A stretch of 63,973 bases of DNA, counting the filler, from Stramenopiles sp. TOSAG23-6 (Eukaryota): the NCBI GenBank assembly GCA_900128565.1. It is 3 parts of 3 records of this genome, joined end to end, with 100 filler letters (N's around TTAATTAATTAA, not from the genome) between each part and the next. Parts side by side here need not be neighbours in the genome. Positions count along the whole stretch, not along the records: positions 1 to 23,040 come from LT636010.1; 2 more parts are not named here. One strand, written 5' to 3'. Position numbers and translations under genes: made by a program. Position 1 is the stretch's first letter. Every line of letters begins with the position of its first letter. Shown here one piece after another: positions 11,138 to 21,764 of the stretch. The notes beneath the pieces are model-generated. The model saw only the letters and a program-made list of their open reading frames with translations, made no database searches and had not been told where the DNA came from.

Positions 11138-14100
11138 ATGAAGATGAAAGGGGCAAAGGGGCAATTAGAACTTGTTGATGTAGGAGTCTCTATTCCTTTC
11201 GAAAAGGCTGCTGGTCCTGAAAAGCATTTCAAACCTTCCGAAACCTCACGTTTAGCTTGTTGCACACAGTTATCTGCATTATTAGCCAAAAATAAAACGC
11301 AGCAGTGTCGTCATAAGCTTTCCACCACATGTGAACTCTTATGCCCATTGTTTTGGATTGCTTTATTTGGTTTTGTTTATTTACAGTTTGAATTCAAGAC
11401 TACATGTGAATATATTCCTTTAGGAAGGTCAAATGATGACATTTTTGTCGTGTCCGGGACACCCTATTCGGATGATCACTGGGCATCTCACGAAGAAAAA
11501 AAGCAAAACATTAACTTACAATTATTTTTGATGAGAGCACGAAAATGGAAAATTGCTTTATACCCAGACTCAGCTGATTTGCGAAAATTTGTCGATCGAG
11601 TAGATAAGATTGTACCCGGTATAAATCCAGCTGAAATATTTTCCGAAAGTCAGATGAAGAATACGCCAGATTTAAAGTATTTCTCTATGCCAAAGTTTTC
11701 TGATTTAGTCGTATACAAGAAAGATGAAAATGCACTGCACGATTATATAGGCCAAGCTAGTTATGATTCTCTCGATAAAATCGTATTTGCAGTTGCTTTT
11801 GAGAAGACTGGCTTCCAAGATAATATTTGGGAATATACCATTCGTAACAATCAAACATTGGCTGCGAGCCCCGACATTGGCCAAACTGATATGACAATTC
11901 GCAATGGAAAAGGATGGGTACAGGATTGGGGTAATGACAATTCTGTTGAAGGTCAATCAGCAAGGTATGTAAGAGGATATGCTGATGAGATTACTCGAGC
12001 AGAAGGTTTCGATAACAAAAATGATGACAACCACAATAATAACTACTGTACGTTTTCATCATGAATTTCAATTTTTTTTTTTTTGGTTTCATACGAAATT
12101 TTGTACCTAACAATTTTTTTTTGAAATATTTTTTCAAAAGACATGTGATCATCAAACAGGACATCCAAAAGATTTTCCAAAGTCACAGGAAGTACATTGG
12201 GGTAGTGTACCAAACTTTGCAGGAATACAACTATTACTCGATAGAGCTATTATAAATACGCCGTCTACGACATTGTCATCTGCACAAAATTTCTACAAAG
12301 CAATCGCACCTAATCATTTTCAGTGGAGTGATCACAACGCTCTTCGTAGTGCAGCCTGGGAAAGAACATCTAATTTATTTAAGAATCTTTCGTGGTGTCA
12401 TTTTGGAAACTTTATAGACAAAACTGTTCGTCCTCTTATTTATGGATTAGATGAATCAGGACGCAAAAAATTTATTGAAACTGTATTTGCATTTGAAAAG
12501 TCACATATAATGGCACCACAATCAATTACACTTGCTAATTTTCCAGAACCTCGTTTTAGATCAAATATTTTCTTTGAACAAAAAACCATCTTGAATATGA
12601 TGAGTATTTTTTTCGTTTTTGCATTTTGTGTTCCAGTAAAACATCTGCTGAATAAGATTGTTTATGAACATGTATGTTTTCAGGAACAATTTTAAATTTA
12701 AATTTAAATTTATTTATATTTTTATAAAAATTTTGTACCTAACAAAAAAACAAAAAAAAATGAAAATGAAAATATTTTCCTAAAATACATGAGTCTGGAA
12801 TAAAAGAAGGTATGAAAATGATGGGGATGAATGAATTTGCATTAGTCACATCATGGTTAATAACGTATGGTTCACAAATTATATTAACTATGCTTATGGT
12901 TAGCGTCGCAGTGAAAATGACAATGTTTGCAAATTCTTCGATTATCTGTCTGTTTGGATTCTTCTCTTGCTTCTCTTTTTCAGTAATTTCATTTTGTTAT
13001 ATGATGAGTGGATTTTTTTCAAAGGCGACGACCGCAGGAGTTATAGGTGCACTCGCATTTTTTTGTTCATTTTTCGTTTATTTTGCAGTGAATAGTGATT
13101 CTCCCGAAGTCACAGTCCGGATGATCTCTTTCTCTGGAACTGCTTCATTTGCTATGGGTCTTGACACAATCGCGCTATTTGAAAAAAGTGAAATTGGCAT
13201 GACATCTGAAACGTTTGATAGCGTTGGGTTGAACGGTTTAAGTTTAATGGAATTTTGTATACATATGCTTATAGACAGTGCACTATATATTTTAATTGGA
13301 TTTTACGTAGACAAAGTTGTACCAAAAGAAAGGATGATTTCTTTACATCCTTTATTTTTTATCTTACCATCGTTTTGGTGTCCAAGAAGGTGCACATCGT
13401 CAAAAACGCAGTATCAACAAAACGATCGAGTGGGTAACTATTTTGGTGAAGTTGGGGAAGACAATCAAGATAAAGATCCTCATTTTGAACCACTTGCACC
13501 TTTACAAATGAAACAACTTGAAAATCAAAGATGTTTGCAAATTGATAATCTTCGGAAAGAATTTCACACAGCTGATGGAACAAAAAAAGTTGCTGTTGCT
13601 GGTCTAAATGCCGCAATGTTTGAGGGACAAATTTATGTATTACTCGGTCATAATGGTGCTGGGAAGACGACAACGATATCCATGCTCTGTGGGTTGATTT
13701 CTCCTTCTGGTGGCTCAGCTACTGTATTTGGTTATAATGTTCAATCAGAAATGCATAAAATCCGTCAAATGATTGGAGTGTGTCCTCAGCACAACGTATT
13801 GTACGCAGATCTAACTTGTATGGAACACCTGATGCTATACTCGCGAATAAAACTTATACCTTCTTCAAAGCGCAAGGCACAATGTCAACAGCTATTGAAA
13901 GATGTCGGTCTTTCTGAAAAGACAAATATGTTAACACCAACTCTCTCTGGTGGTCAGAAACGTAAATTGTGTCTTGCGATTGCTTTGTGTGGTGATTCGA
14001 AAGTATTATTTCTAGATGAGCCGACCTCTGGTATGGACGTTTTTGCTCAACGTTCAACCTGGAATCTTCTACAAAAAGCAAAAGCCAGTCGTATAATTAT

Positions 14101-17100
14101 TCTGACTACACATTCTATGGAAGAAGCTGATGTGTTGGGTGATCGAATCGGAATTATGGCAAATGGTAAAATGGTGTGCAGTGGATCACCTTTATTTCTG
14201 AAAAATCTGTACGGAGTTGGTTATTGTCTTACTTGTACACGAGCACCTGATGCTATTGCTGGAGGCACTGAAGATGTTGCGCTAGAACAAGCGATTATGG
14301 GACTCATTCCTTCTGCGAAGAAGCTGTCGGAACATGGTAAAGAACTGTCGTATCAGTTACCTCTCGCATCAGCTTCATCATTCGAAAGATTATTTGAAGA
14401 TCTTGGAAAGTTAAGTGATCAAGGAACTCTAGACTCGTTTAATGTTTCAGTAACTACAATGCAAGAGGTATTTCTTCGATCAGCAATTGAAGCTGAGAGA
14501 AGTGTCGCACAAAAAAAAGCAGACGAAGATTTGAAACGAAAATGTTCAATGAGAAAAGAATCATTTCGAGGCTTGTCTTTGGAAGCGAAAGAAAACGAAG
14601 AGAAGAATGCAAACGCTGAAGAAAAGTCACGAATTCAACGTCAAAGGACTTTGATGGGTGAAGAGGCCGAAAAAGCTCTTAACAATCGCCTCAAGCGATT
14701 GAATCGAAGTATGATATGTGTACATTTTGTGGCTCTTTTAGCAAAACGATGGCATAATGTTAAACGTGATTTTAAAGCAGTTTTGTTTCAGGTTATTGTA
14801 CCTATATTTGCACTGTTTATTGGTATTTACTTTGTGTCAAATGTAACAACGGAATACAATGCAATAGTACCAAATACAGCCAAGTTTAATGAGAAATTGA
14901 AGGCTCCGTATTCACACAATACGAGACTTCCATTTACAATGATAAACCCTTCACCAAAAGTGAATGAACTGATTTCTAGTGTCAAATCCAGAAAAGATTA
15001 TCAAATCTCAGGTTCTGATTTTGATGCAATTTCTGTTATTACAAAATACGATGGTCAGTATTGCCATAATGAAGACATTAAAGAAACTGATGAGTGGTAT
15101 GCCACAAATATGCCTGGTAAAGATCCCTGTGACCCAAATACAGCTCGAACTATGATTTTTCCCGGAGTTTGTGCGACATGTCAGCAAGCTAATCTTGATT
15201 GTAAAGGTTTGGTGAAGGGAAGTATTTGTTACCCAAAATCTCAAAGTCAGATACAATCGATTGGTGCCATGGGATATACTGATTTAGAGCTATTGCACAT
15301 TGTGCAATCTGGCTGCAAGGATAAAGCTGTGGGTGACTCTTGTAAGTTCACTTTAGAACAAGACATTAATAAATTTGATCCTTATACAAAGAGTCAGTTG
15401 ATAAGTGCTGCTCGATACTCAGTACTCGAAAATAAGAGAAAACTGAAAACTATTTCTAAAAATGAAAAAATCGAAATGCAGAGAATAGCTTTTTGTGCAA
15501 TGAATAAGCGAGTAATTGAGACTTCAAAATTAGATGCTTCTTCTGTGTATAGCGCTATGATGTTTCACGGTGACACAGATATAGTTGATGGGCGTTTTCA
15601 TGCTTCCCTTCAATTTAATCAAACAGCACCACATGGTCCTGTCCTAATGCAAAATATATTGAACACGGCCATTTTACGGCGGACTTTACAATCTACCACT
15701 GCTTCAATACAGGTGACAAATCATCCGCTACCACCTACAGCATCTGAAATTGCATTCAGTACTCAAGTCGCTGGTTTCATGGTCGTGTTTATTGTTGGCA
15801 TTGCGTGGGCTTTTATTCCAGCTGCTGCGGCTGAATTTATCGTTCACGAAAGATATCACGGTGTTAAACATCAGCAATTAGTTTCAGGTGTCTCATTGAC
15901 TGCTTATTGGTTATCAAATTTTTTCTGGGATTCTATTCAATATACTATTCCTGCTGGTGCTGGTGTCGCGATATTTTTATATTGGGATATTGATGTATAC
16001 ACTCGATCATCGGGTAATAATTTCATGTGTTGTGTCACTTTAATTGCCACATACGGGCCTGCAGCTATAGGTCATGCGTACTTACTCAGTCGTCTTTTCG
16101 AGAAACCGGCAAAGGCTGTAAATTCCATTCTTGTCATGAATGTTCTCCTTGTTATTGTAATTATCGCTATATTCGTTGCACAAACAGTTAATGCGTCGTC
16201 TTGTAATATTGCATCTAATTTGAGACGACTGTTTTTAACTTTTCCAGGATACGCATTCGTTGATGGCCTTTTAAGACTATCATTATCAAGTATCATGATG
16301 ACATGTGATGAGCGCCACAATCCTCTTGTAATGCCACCCCGTCTCGCTGAAGGACAATTTCCTGATGCATTTCAAATGAAAATTACTGGCGATTCTATAA
16401 TGTATATGGGAGTTTGTAGTCTTTTATATCCGATTCTGTGCATACTTATTGAACTCTTTTATAGTGTTCCAACTTTACGAAAACTATTTTGTGGTTGCTT
16501 TGAACCTAGCACAACTGATAAATTATGTTATGATGACGATGACGTAGGTACTGAGGTGAAGAATATGAAGAAAAATGCAAATGTATCATTGGCTGAATCG
16601 ATGGTTGAGGTACGCGGTCTTCGAAAAGTATATAATGTAAAGAAAGCTTCAGGTGGAAGAAGTGTCAAAGCTGCAGTCAAGGATATGTGGTTTCGAATTC
16701 CACAAGGTGAATGTTTTGGTCTTCTTGGTGTAAATGGTGCAGGCAAATCAACTACTTTTAAGATGCTCAGTGGTGATGTGTTACCATCCAGTGGCACTGC
16801 GCGTCTTGGTGGCCGTGATGTCATGTCTGAGCAAGTTGCCGTTCGTCGGCTAATTGGATATTGCCCTCAGCATAATGCATTATTACCACGACTTACTGTA
16901 ATTGAGCATTTATATTTATTTGCAAGGATCAAAGGTGTAACGAATGGAATTGATTTGGTTGTTAAAAATCTATTAAAATCTATGGATTTAGTTGAATTTA
17001 CTCATAAACGCTCATCGTCTCTTTCAGGGGGTAATAAGCGAAAGTTATGTGTTGCCATTGCACTTATTGGAAATCCTCCTGTTATTTTCCTGGATGAACC

Positions 17101-17974
17101 TTCGGCAGGTATGGATCCTGTAGCAAAACGATTCATGTGGGATTTAATTTCGAAAATGTCAACGGAAAATTCTGAAGCTTCACAGAAGCTTACGATAATT
17201 CTCACTACACACTCTATGGAAGAATGTTCAGCACTCTGTACTCGCATTGGTATAATGGTTGATGGTCGTTTGCAGTGTTTAGGATCTGAGCAGCATTTGA
17301 AAAACAGATTTGGTCAAGGATATCAATTGGATATTAAGTTGAAGGAACCTACAACAGAAGAGATAAATAACATTCTAGATACTATTCGAAAGACAATAAA
17401 TCCAGCGGGACATATTTTATCGAAAGATATAGATAAAGCATGTAGCGCACTGGGTGATATTGGTAGAAGTGTTCAGTTGATGCCTGATGATGTTAATGCC
17501 AAACCTAAAAGATCGAAAACATCTAATAATTCCGAGGCTAATGATAACAAGACAGCTGGAAGTTCATGGTTATTGAAAGAAGCTCTCACGAAAGAAGGAT
17601 TCTTAGAGGCTACTTCATTCGCTAGGTGGTGGTTACGTACGGATTGGACGTTTGCCGTATCGACTTGGGTATCACAGGAACTCTCGTCTACTACAGATTT
17701 ACAAGAGCAACATGGAGGAACTATTCGATATGCTGTGGATGGGATGCCTAAATCGAATGATGCACAGGACACTCAAGGTGCTCAACATGCGGCAAGCACT
17801 AGCGATGGTAGTAGACGGGTTAGTCTTGCGCGAATGTTTGGTATGATGGAAAGTGCTAAGCAAAAACTTTTCGTTGAAGAATATGCACTTGGGCAGACTA
17901 GTCTTGAACAAATTTTTATTTCTTTTGCCAAGAAGCAAGAAAATGATGCAGGTAATGTAAAAGGCTTCAAATAG
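11138..17974 (+). CDS. Full-size ABCA-subfamily ABC transporter; exons 11138-12047, 12145-12671, 12791-17974
   Basis: Two NBDs (LLGHNGAGKTT, LSGGQKRKL, FLDEPTSG; LLGVNGAGKST, LSGGNKRKL, FLDEPSAG, HSMEE), two TMDs, ABCA signatures IQLLLDRAII, VYEHESGIKEGMKMMGM and TSLEQIF. ATG 11138 is chosen as the likely start. Confidence 0.95.
12048..12144 (+). other. Non-canonical intron copy 6 (GT..CAT, 97 nt, phase 1)
   Basis: TAC T|GTACGTTTT..TACCTAAC..TTTTCAAAAGACAT|GT GAT; joins into the frame containing IQLLLDRAII. Confidence 0.88.
12672..12790 (+). other. Non-canonical intron copy 7 (GT..CAT, 119 nt, phase 0)
   Basis: GAA CAT|GTATGTTTT..TTTTGTACCTAAC..CCTAAAATACAT|GAG TCT GGA; gives VYEH|ESGIKEGMKMMG. 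Confidence 0.88.
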
Positions 17975-18313
17975 ATGTTTTTATTATTTATATTTAGTAC
18001 CTCACTGGTACGATATTAATTTTAAAAATAAATTTGACTCCATTACTTTTATGCATTTGTTAAATTTTCTCAATGATGTAATATTTTTCAATTGATTTTA
18101 AAAAATACTTCAAATTCTTCGAAACTAATTCTTCCATCCACTTTCGACTAAAGATACGACACGAAATATAATATAATTACTCCTGTGAAGAAACAAAAAA
18201 AGAAATTTGTTTTCTACGTATAATAATTCATTTTGGAGACCTTACTACAATTTAAGTAAAATAATGTTTTTATATCATTTTAAAAATTGAAAATATTCAA
18301 AGTATTTTTTTAT

Positions 18314-19069
18314 TCATTTTATTGATAATTTTAAAAAATTCCTACAATATTTTTTTATCAGTGTATTACTTTTTGAGTAGCAACACTCTTTTTTGTGTGT
18401 ACTCTTCCAATGTGTTTTTTGACACTTCTTTGAACAATACCACACACATTTACACGCATTACAAAAGTATAATTCAGTAATTTTGTCAACTTTACCACAA
18501 TTCACACATTTTGAGTTGTCATATTCCAGTATCTCGTTTTTTAGTGTCTCATCTGTTGTATCTGTTATCTGTTTTTTTGCTTTCCTCATCCACTTTGCTC
18601 CTGCTTTATAACATTTAGTGACACCCAGACCCTGCAAATAAAATAAACCAAGATTACACTGTGCTTTCACGCAGCCTTGTTTTGCAGCTTTTGTATACCA
18701 TTCAGCAGCAGTTTTATAACATTTAGTTACACCGTGACCTTTTTCATAACATACACCAAGATTATACTGTGCGTGCGTAAAGCCTTGTTTTGCAGCTTTT
18801 GTAAACCATTCAGCAGCAGTTTTATGACATTTAGTAACTCCATGACCTGTATAATACCATAAACCAAGATTAAACTGTGCTTCCATTCGGCCTTGATTTG
18901 CATCTTTTGTAAGCTCCTCAGCGGTTGGCGCATAAACATCACCATGAACACCACCAAAAAATTTCAGTCCTTCCATGTGGCATTCAGTAGCACACCCGTA
19001 TGTAAAACGTATCCTAGGTCCTACTTCAGATTCGCGTTTAGTACTGTCGTACTGTCTTCTTCTTGGCAC
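18314..19069 (-). CDS. Sel1-like repeat protein with C-terminal MYND zinc finger
   Basis: Three 36-aa repeats AQ.NLG..Y..G.GV.K....A..W..KA.KQ, then CVNC..CNAC..YCSKKCQ..HW..HK..C. The ORF opens on GTG; the first ATG is at 18976. Confidence 0.85.
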   Translation of the reverse strand: MPRRRQYDSTKRESEVGPRIRFTYGCATECHMEGLKFFGGVHGDVYAPTAEELTKDANQGRMEAQFNLGLWYYTGHGVTKCHKTAAEWFTKAAKQGFTHAQYNLGVCYEKGHGVTKCYKTAAEWYTKAAKQGCVKAQCNLGLFYLQGLGVTKCYKAGAKWMRKAKKQITDTTDETLKNEILEYDNSKCVNCGKVDKITELYFCNACKCVWYCSKKCQKTHWKSTHKKECCYSKSNTLIKKYCRNFLKLSIK

Positions 19070-19229
19070 AGGTCCGATCTGAGCCGATTTCGAGTACCGG
19101 GTAACTCAATTTTTCTAACACGTGCCGCTACTGTTCTCCCCTTGTGACAATATTTTGTTGTAAGTGTACTAATTAGCTACATTAATAATCAACACAAGTA
19201 CATACATTTACGTGTTATACTTGAGAAAG

Positions 19230-19532
19230 ATGTCAAAAATAGTGAAGCGTGGCGCAGAATTTATTGCTGCAAGTAATCGCTTATTTGCAGGGATGAATGG
19301 ACGTGCTGGGAGAAAAGGAGTGAAGAAGCGCCCCATTGCCCGGTCACAGTATATGGTTGGTGACTTGACCAAAGGTATTATGGGATATTGGCCTGAATGG
19401 CGACCTCATAACTTACCATTATATTTCTCTACTGAGATGGAACAGAAAGAACTAAAGGATGATCGTTTGAAGCGACGTGGCAAGGGTCCACCAAAGAAAG
19501 GCGCTGGAAATAAAAAGAGAAAAAAACGCTGA
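19230..19532 (+). CDS. Mitochondrial ribosomal small subunit protein mS33 (MRPS33/Rsm27 family)
   Basis: Small basic protein ending in the family signature RLKRRGKGPPKKGAG.K; ATG at 19230. Confidence 0.75.
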   Translation: MSKIVKRGAEFIAASNRLFAGMNGRAGRKGVKKRPIARSQYMVGDLTKGIMGYWPEWRPHNLPLYFSTEMEQKELKDDRLKRRGKGPPKKGAGNKKRKKR

Positions 19533-19768
19533 ATGGTCCCTCCAACAGTGTGGTATTAAGTTATAAGTGTATTATACTACATGTTTTATGTCCCTTGAAA
19601 AGTGTATAGATAAACGAATGATATTTTAATTAAGTAGTTTACTCGTATAGTACTGTAATTATGAAATTGAAAATTTAATAGTAGCCAAAATAATATGTAA
19701 AGTAGGCAGTTTACTGTTGGTAATGCTGAAAGTGACGCCTGTCTAGCAACACAAGACACCAAAGCTAC

Positions 19769-21552
19769 TTAAATATTGTCGTACCAACGATCTTCAACAG
19801 TCACACTTGTCAATCTTTCATATGGATCCACTAAAGGAAGGCCATTTGTTGCATATTCTATTTCCTTTTTGAATTCCAAGAGCTCCATATGTTTCAAACG
19901 TTGGATTTTCTTTTGTTTTGTTTCCTCAATTTGTGCATTCAAAGTTCGTTCTTTTAGCGAAAGACCACCTTTATTCCTCTCTGCTATTCTTAGTGCTGTC
20001 GCAACCTCTATTTGACTAACACCCACTCGCTTTCGTTTGACTTTGATTTGTGGTGGTTTGCGTAAAGCAGCAAGAATTCTTTTTGTTGAAAGATTTTTTC
20101 TTTTCCGTATAATTTTTTCGTTTTTTCGGAGTCGTAATAATTGAAACTTTAATTCATTTTGTTCTCGTTCAAATTTCTCATCCTCGCTTTCATTTTGTGT
20201 ATTGTCTCTTATGTGTCTCGTACTATTAATGATACCATTGATAGTACCATTGATAGTACCATTGATAGTACCATTGATAGTACCATTACAACATGAATGA
20301 TTTTTATTGTTACTACAATTTCCATTTCTAATCATCTCAACTCTATTTGATATTTCTTTCGTTAATTTTTGCTTTTCTATTAGCATATTTGATCTGCCAT
20401 TAAAATCACATGGGTTACATTGTGTTTTCTCATTTAGTTTCACAGAGCATTTTATACTACTATTATATCCGATGCGCTGATTTTTCAGCCAATTGGCAAT
20501 TTTATAATGATGTTTTGTTCGCGCTACATTTTCTGGCTTTTCTCCCGTAGTTTTTGTGACAATATTTAGTAGCTTTTCTCGATCTTTACTTTTTCTATTT
20601 TTTTGTCTTTCAAGATGAAAACTTGAAGAAGAATAGTTTATATTTGATGCTTTTATATGCTCTATATATCTGGGAATATTTGAAACGACACCAACAAGAA
20701 ATTTCACAATCACTTGACTACCTTGTCTTGCAGCTAGATGTATTTTGGAAAAATATTTAAAAAAAAATCGTTAGGTACAAAATTCCGTACGAAAAAAAAA
20801 TTATTTACTAAAAAAAAAAAAATAAAACATACATGTAGAGCCGTCCAATTTTCTTTGTCAACTGTTCCTATCAACCTTTTTACTGCAGCAGCACCACCTT
20901 CCTTCAAACATTGTTCAATGAGCCATTGAACTACAGAAACATGCCCTTGATCACACGCAAGCATAAGAGTAGTACGACCCCTCCTTTCCTTTGCTTCCAT
21001 AAAAGCACCATTATCTTGTAGCCAACGCATCATCTCTAGGTTGCCTGCAGAGGCTGCGACATGTATTGGATGAAAACCTCTTTTATCAAGGGATACGATA
21101 CTCCCCCCCATACTATATATGATTAAATGCGCAATATGAATGTTGCCAGTCATTGCTGCTATATGTATAGCTTTGAGATTTTCTCCACCGGTCGCTTCGT
21201 CAGCTAAAACCACGTTAGCGTTACGTGCACTTTGTAGCAAAGTCTTACGAAAAAGGTCAACTTGGCCTGTGCGAATTGAAGCCACAACTTTCTTTTGCTG
21301 TTCTATAGTAAAAGGCACCGAATAGTCACACAATAGTATTCGAGGTTTTCTGGGTAAATTTATTTGGTTAGCATCTGATAAAAGTTCCTTCAAACGTTGA
21401 GGTTTCCTTGAGGAATGAAAAGGTATTTTACATTCATGATCAACTTTACTTTGTATAGTTTTATATAATTTTAGCCCTTGCCCTTCTTTTGAAGTTGGTT
21501 GACTATGAGGCCGACTATTTCGACTTCGAGAACTAAATCCAATGGCACGCAT
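19769..21552 (-). CDS. Ankyrin-repeat protein with basic coiled-coil C-terminus; exons 21552-20833, 20737-19769
   Basis: AIHIAAMTG, PIHVAASAG, TTLMLACDQG. The fourth repeat WTALH|LAARQG is restored by removing intron copy 8. Confidence 0.88.
20226..20288 (-). repeat. Coding 12-nt tandem repeat (NGTI x ~5)
   Basis: (ATTGATAGTACC)n on the + strand; protein NGTINGTINGTINGTINGIIN. Confidence 0.9.
20738..20832 (-). other. Non-canonical intron copy 8 (GT..CAT, 95 nt, phase 0)
   Basis: CTA CAT|GTATGTTTT..TACCTAAC..CCAAAATACAT|CTA GCT GCA; restores ankyrin TALH|LAA. The nearest downstream AGs give frameshifts. Confidence 0.92.
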
Positions 21553-21644
21553 GTACGAATGAATAATCTATAGAGAATTAATCTTTGTAGATCTTTTGAT
21601 ATTGACTAGGGACGTTTTCTTGTTGTCATCTGGAGGGAAAGTCA

Positions 21645-21686
21645 ATGACGTCATAACAGAAACGAAGCCATCATAACAGAAACGAA
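21645..21686. promoter_or_regulatory. CRE-like palindrome ATGACGTCAT overlapping a 16-nt direct repeat in a divergent promoter
   Basis: ATGACGTCAT at 21645-21654; TCATAACAGAAACGAA at 21651 and 21671. Confidence 0.35.
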
Positions 21687-21764
21687 AAACTGCTACTGCC
21701 GCTACGAATGGTTGGCTGTTAAACTTATATTACGTATCTTAACACAATCAGTAAATTGAATAAA

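Noticed and set aside
12048-12144. U12-type AT-AC introns
   Set aside because: No ATATCCTT donor or TCCTTAAC branch; the AT-AC register creates a TAA in copy 6 and gives inconsistent ends (AT, TC, CC, TT) in others.
12672-12793. Canonical AG acceptor 3 nt downstream (..CATGAG|) for copy 7
   Set aside because: It is in frame but would delete the conserved Glu of VxExE, and equivalent AGs are absent or frameshifting in copies 5, 8 and 9. Not excluded without cDNA.
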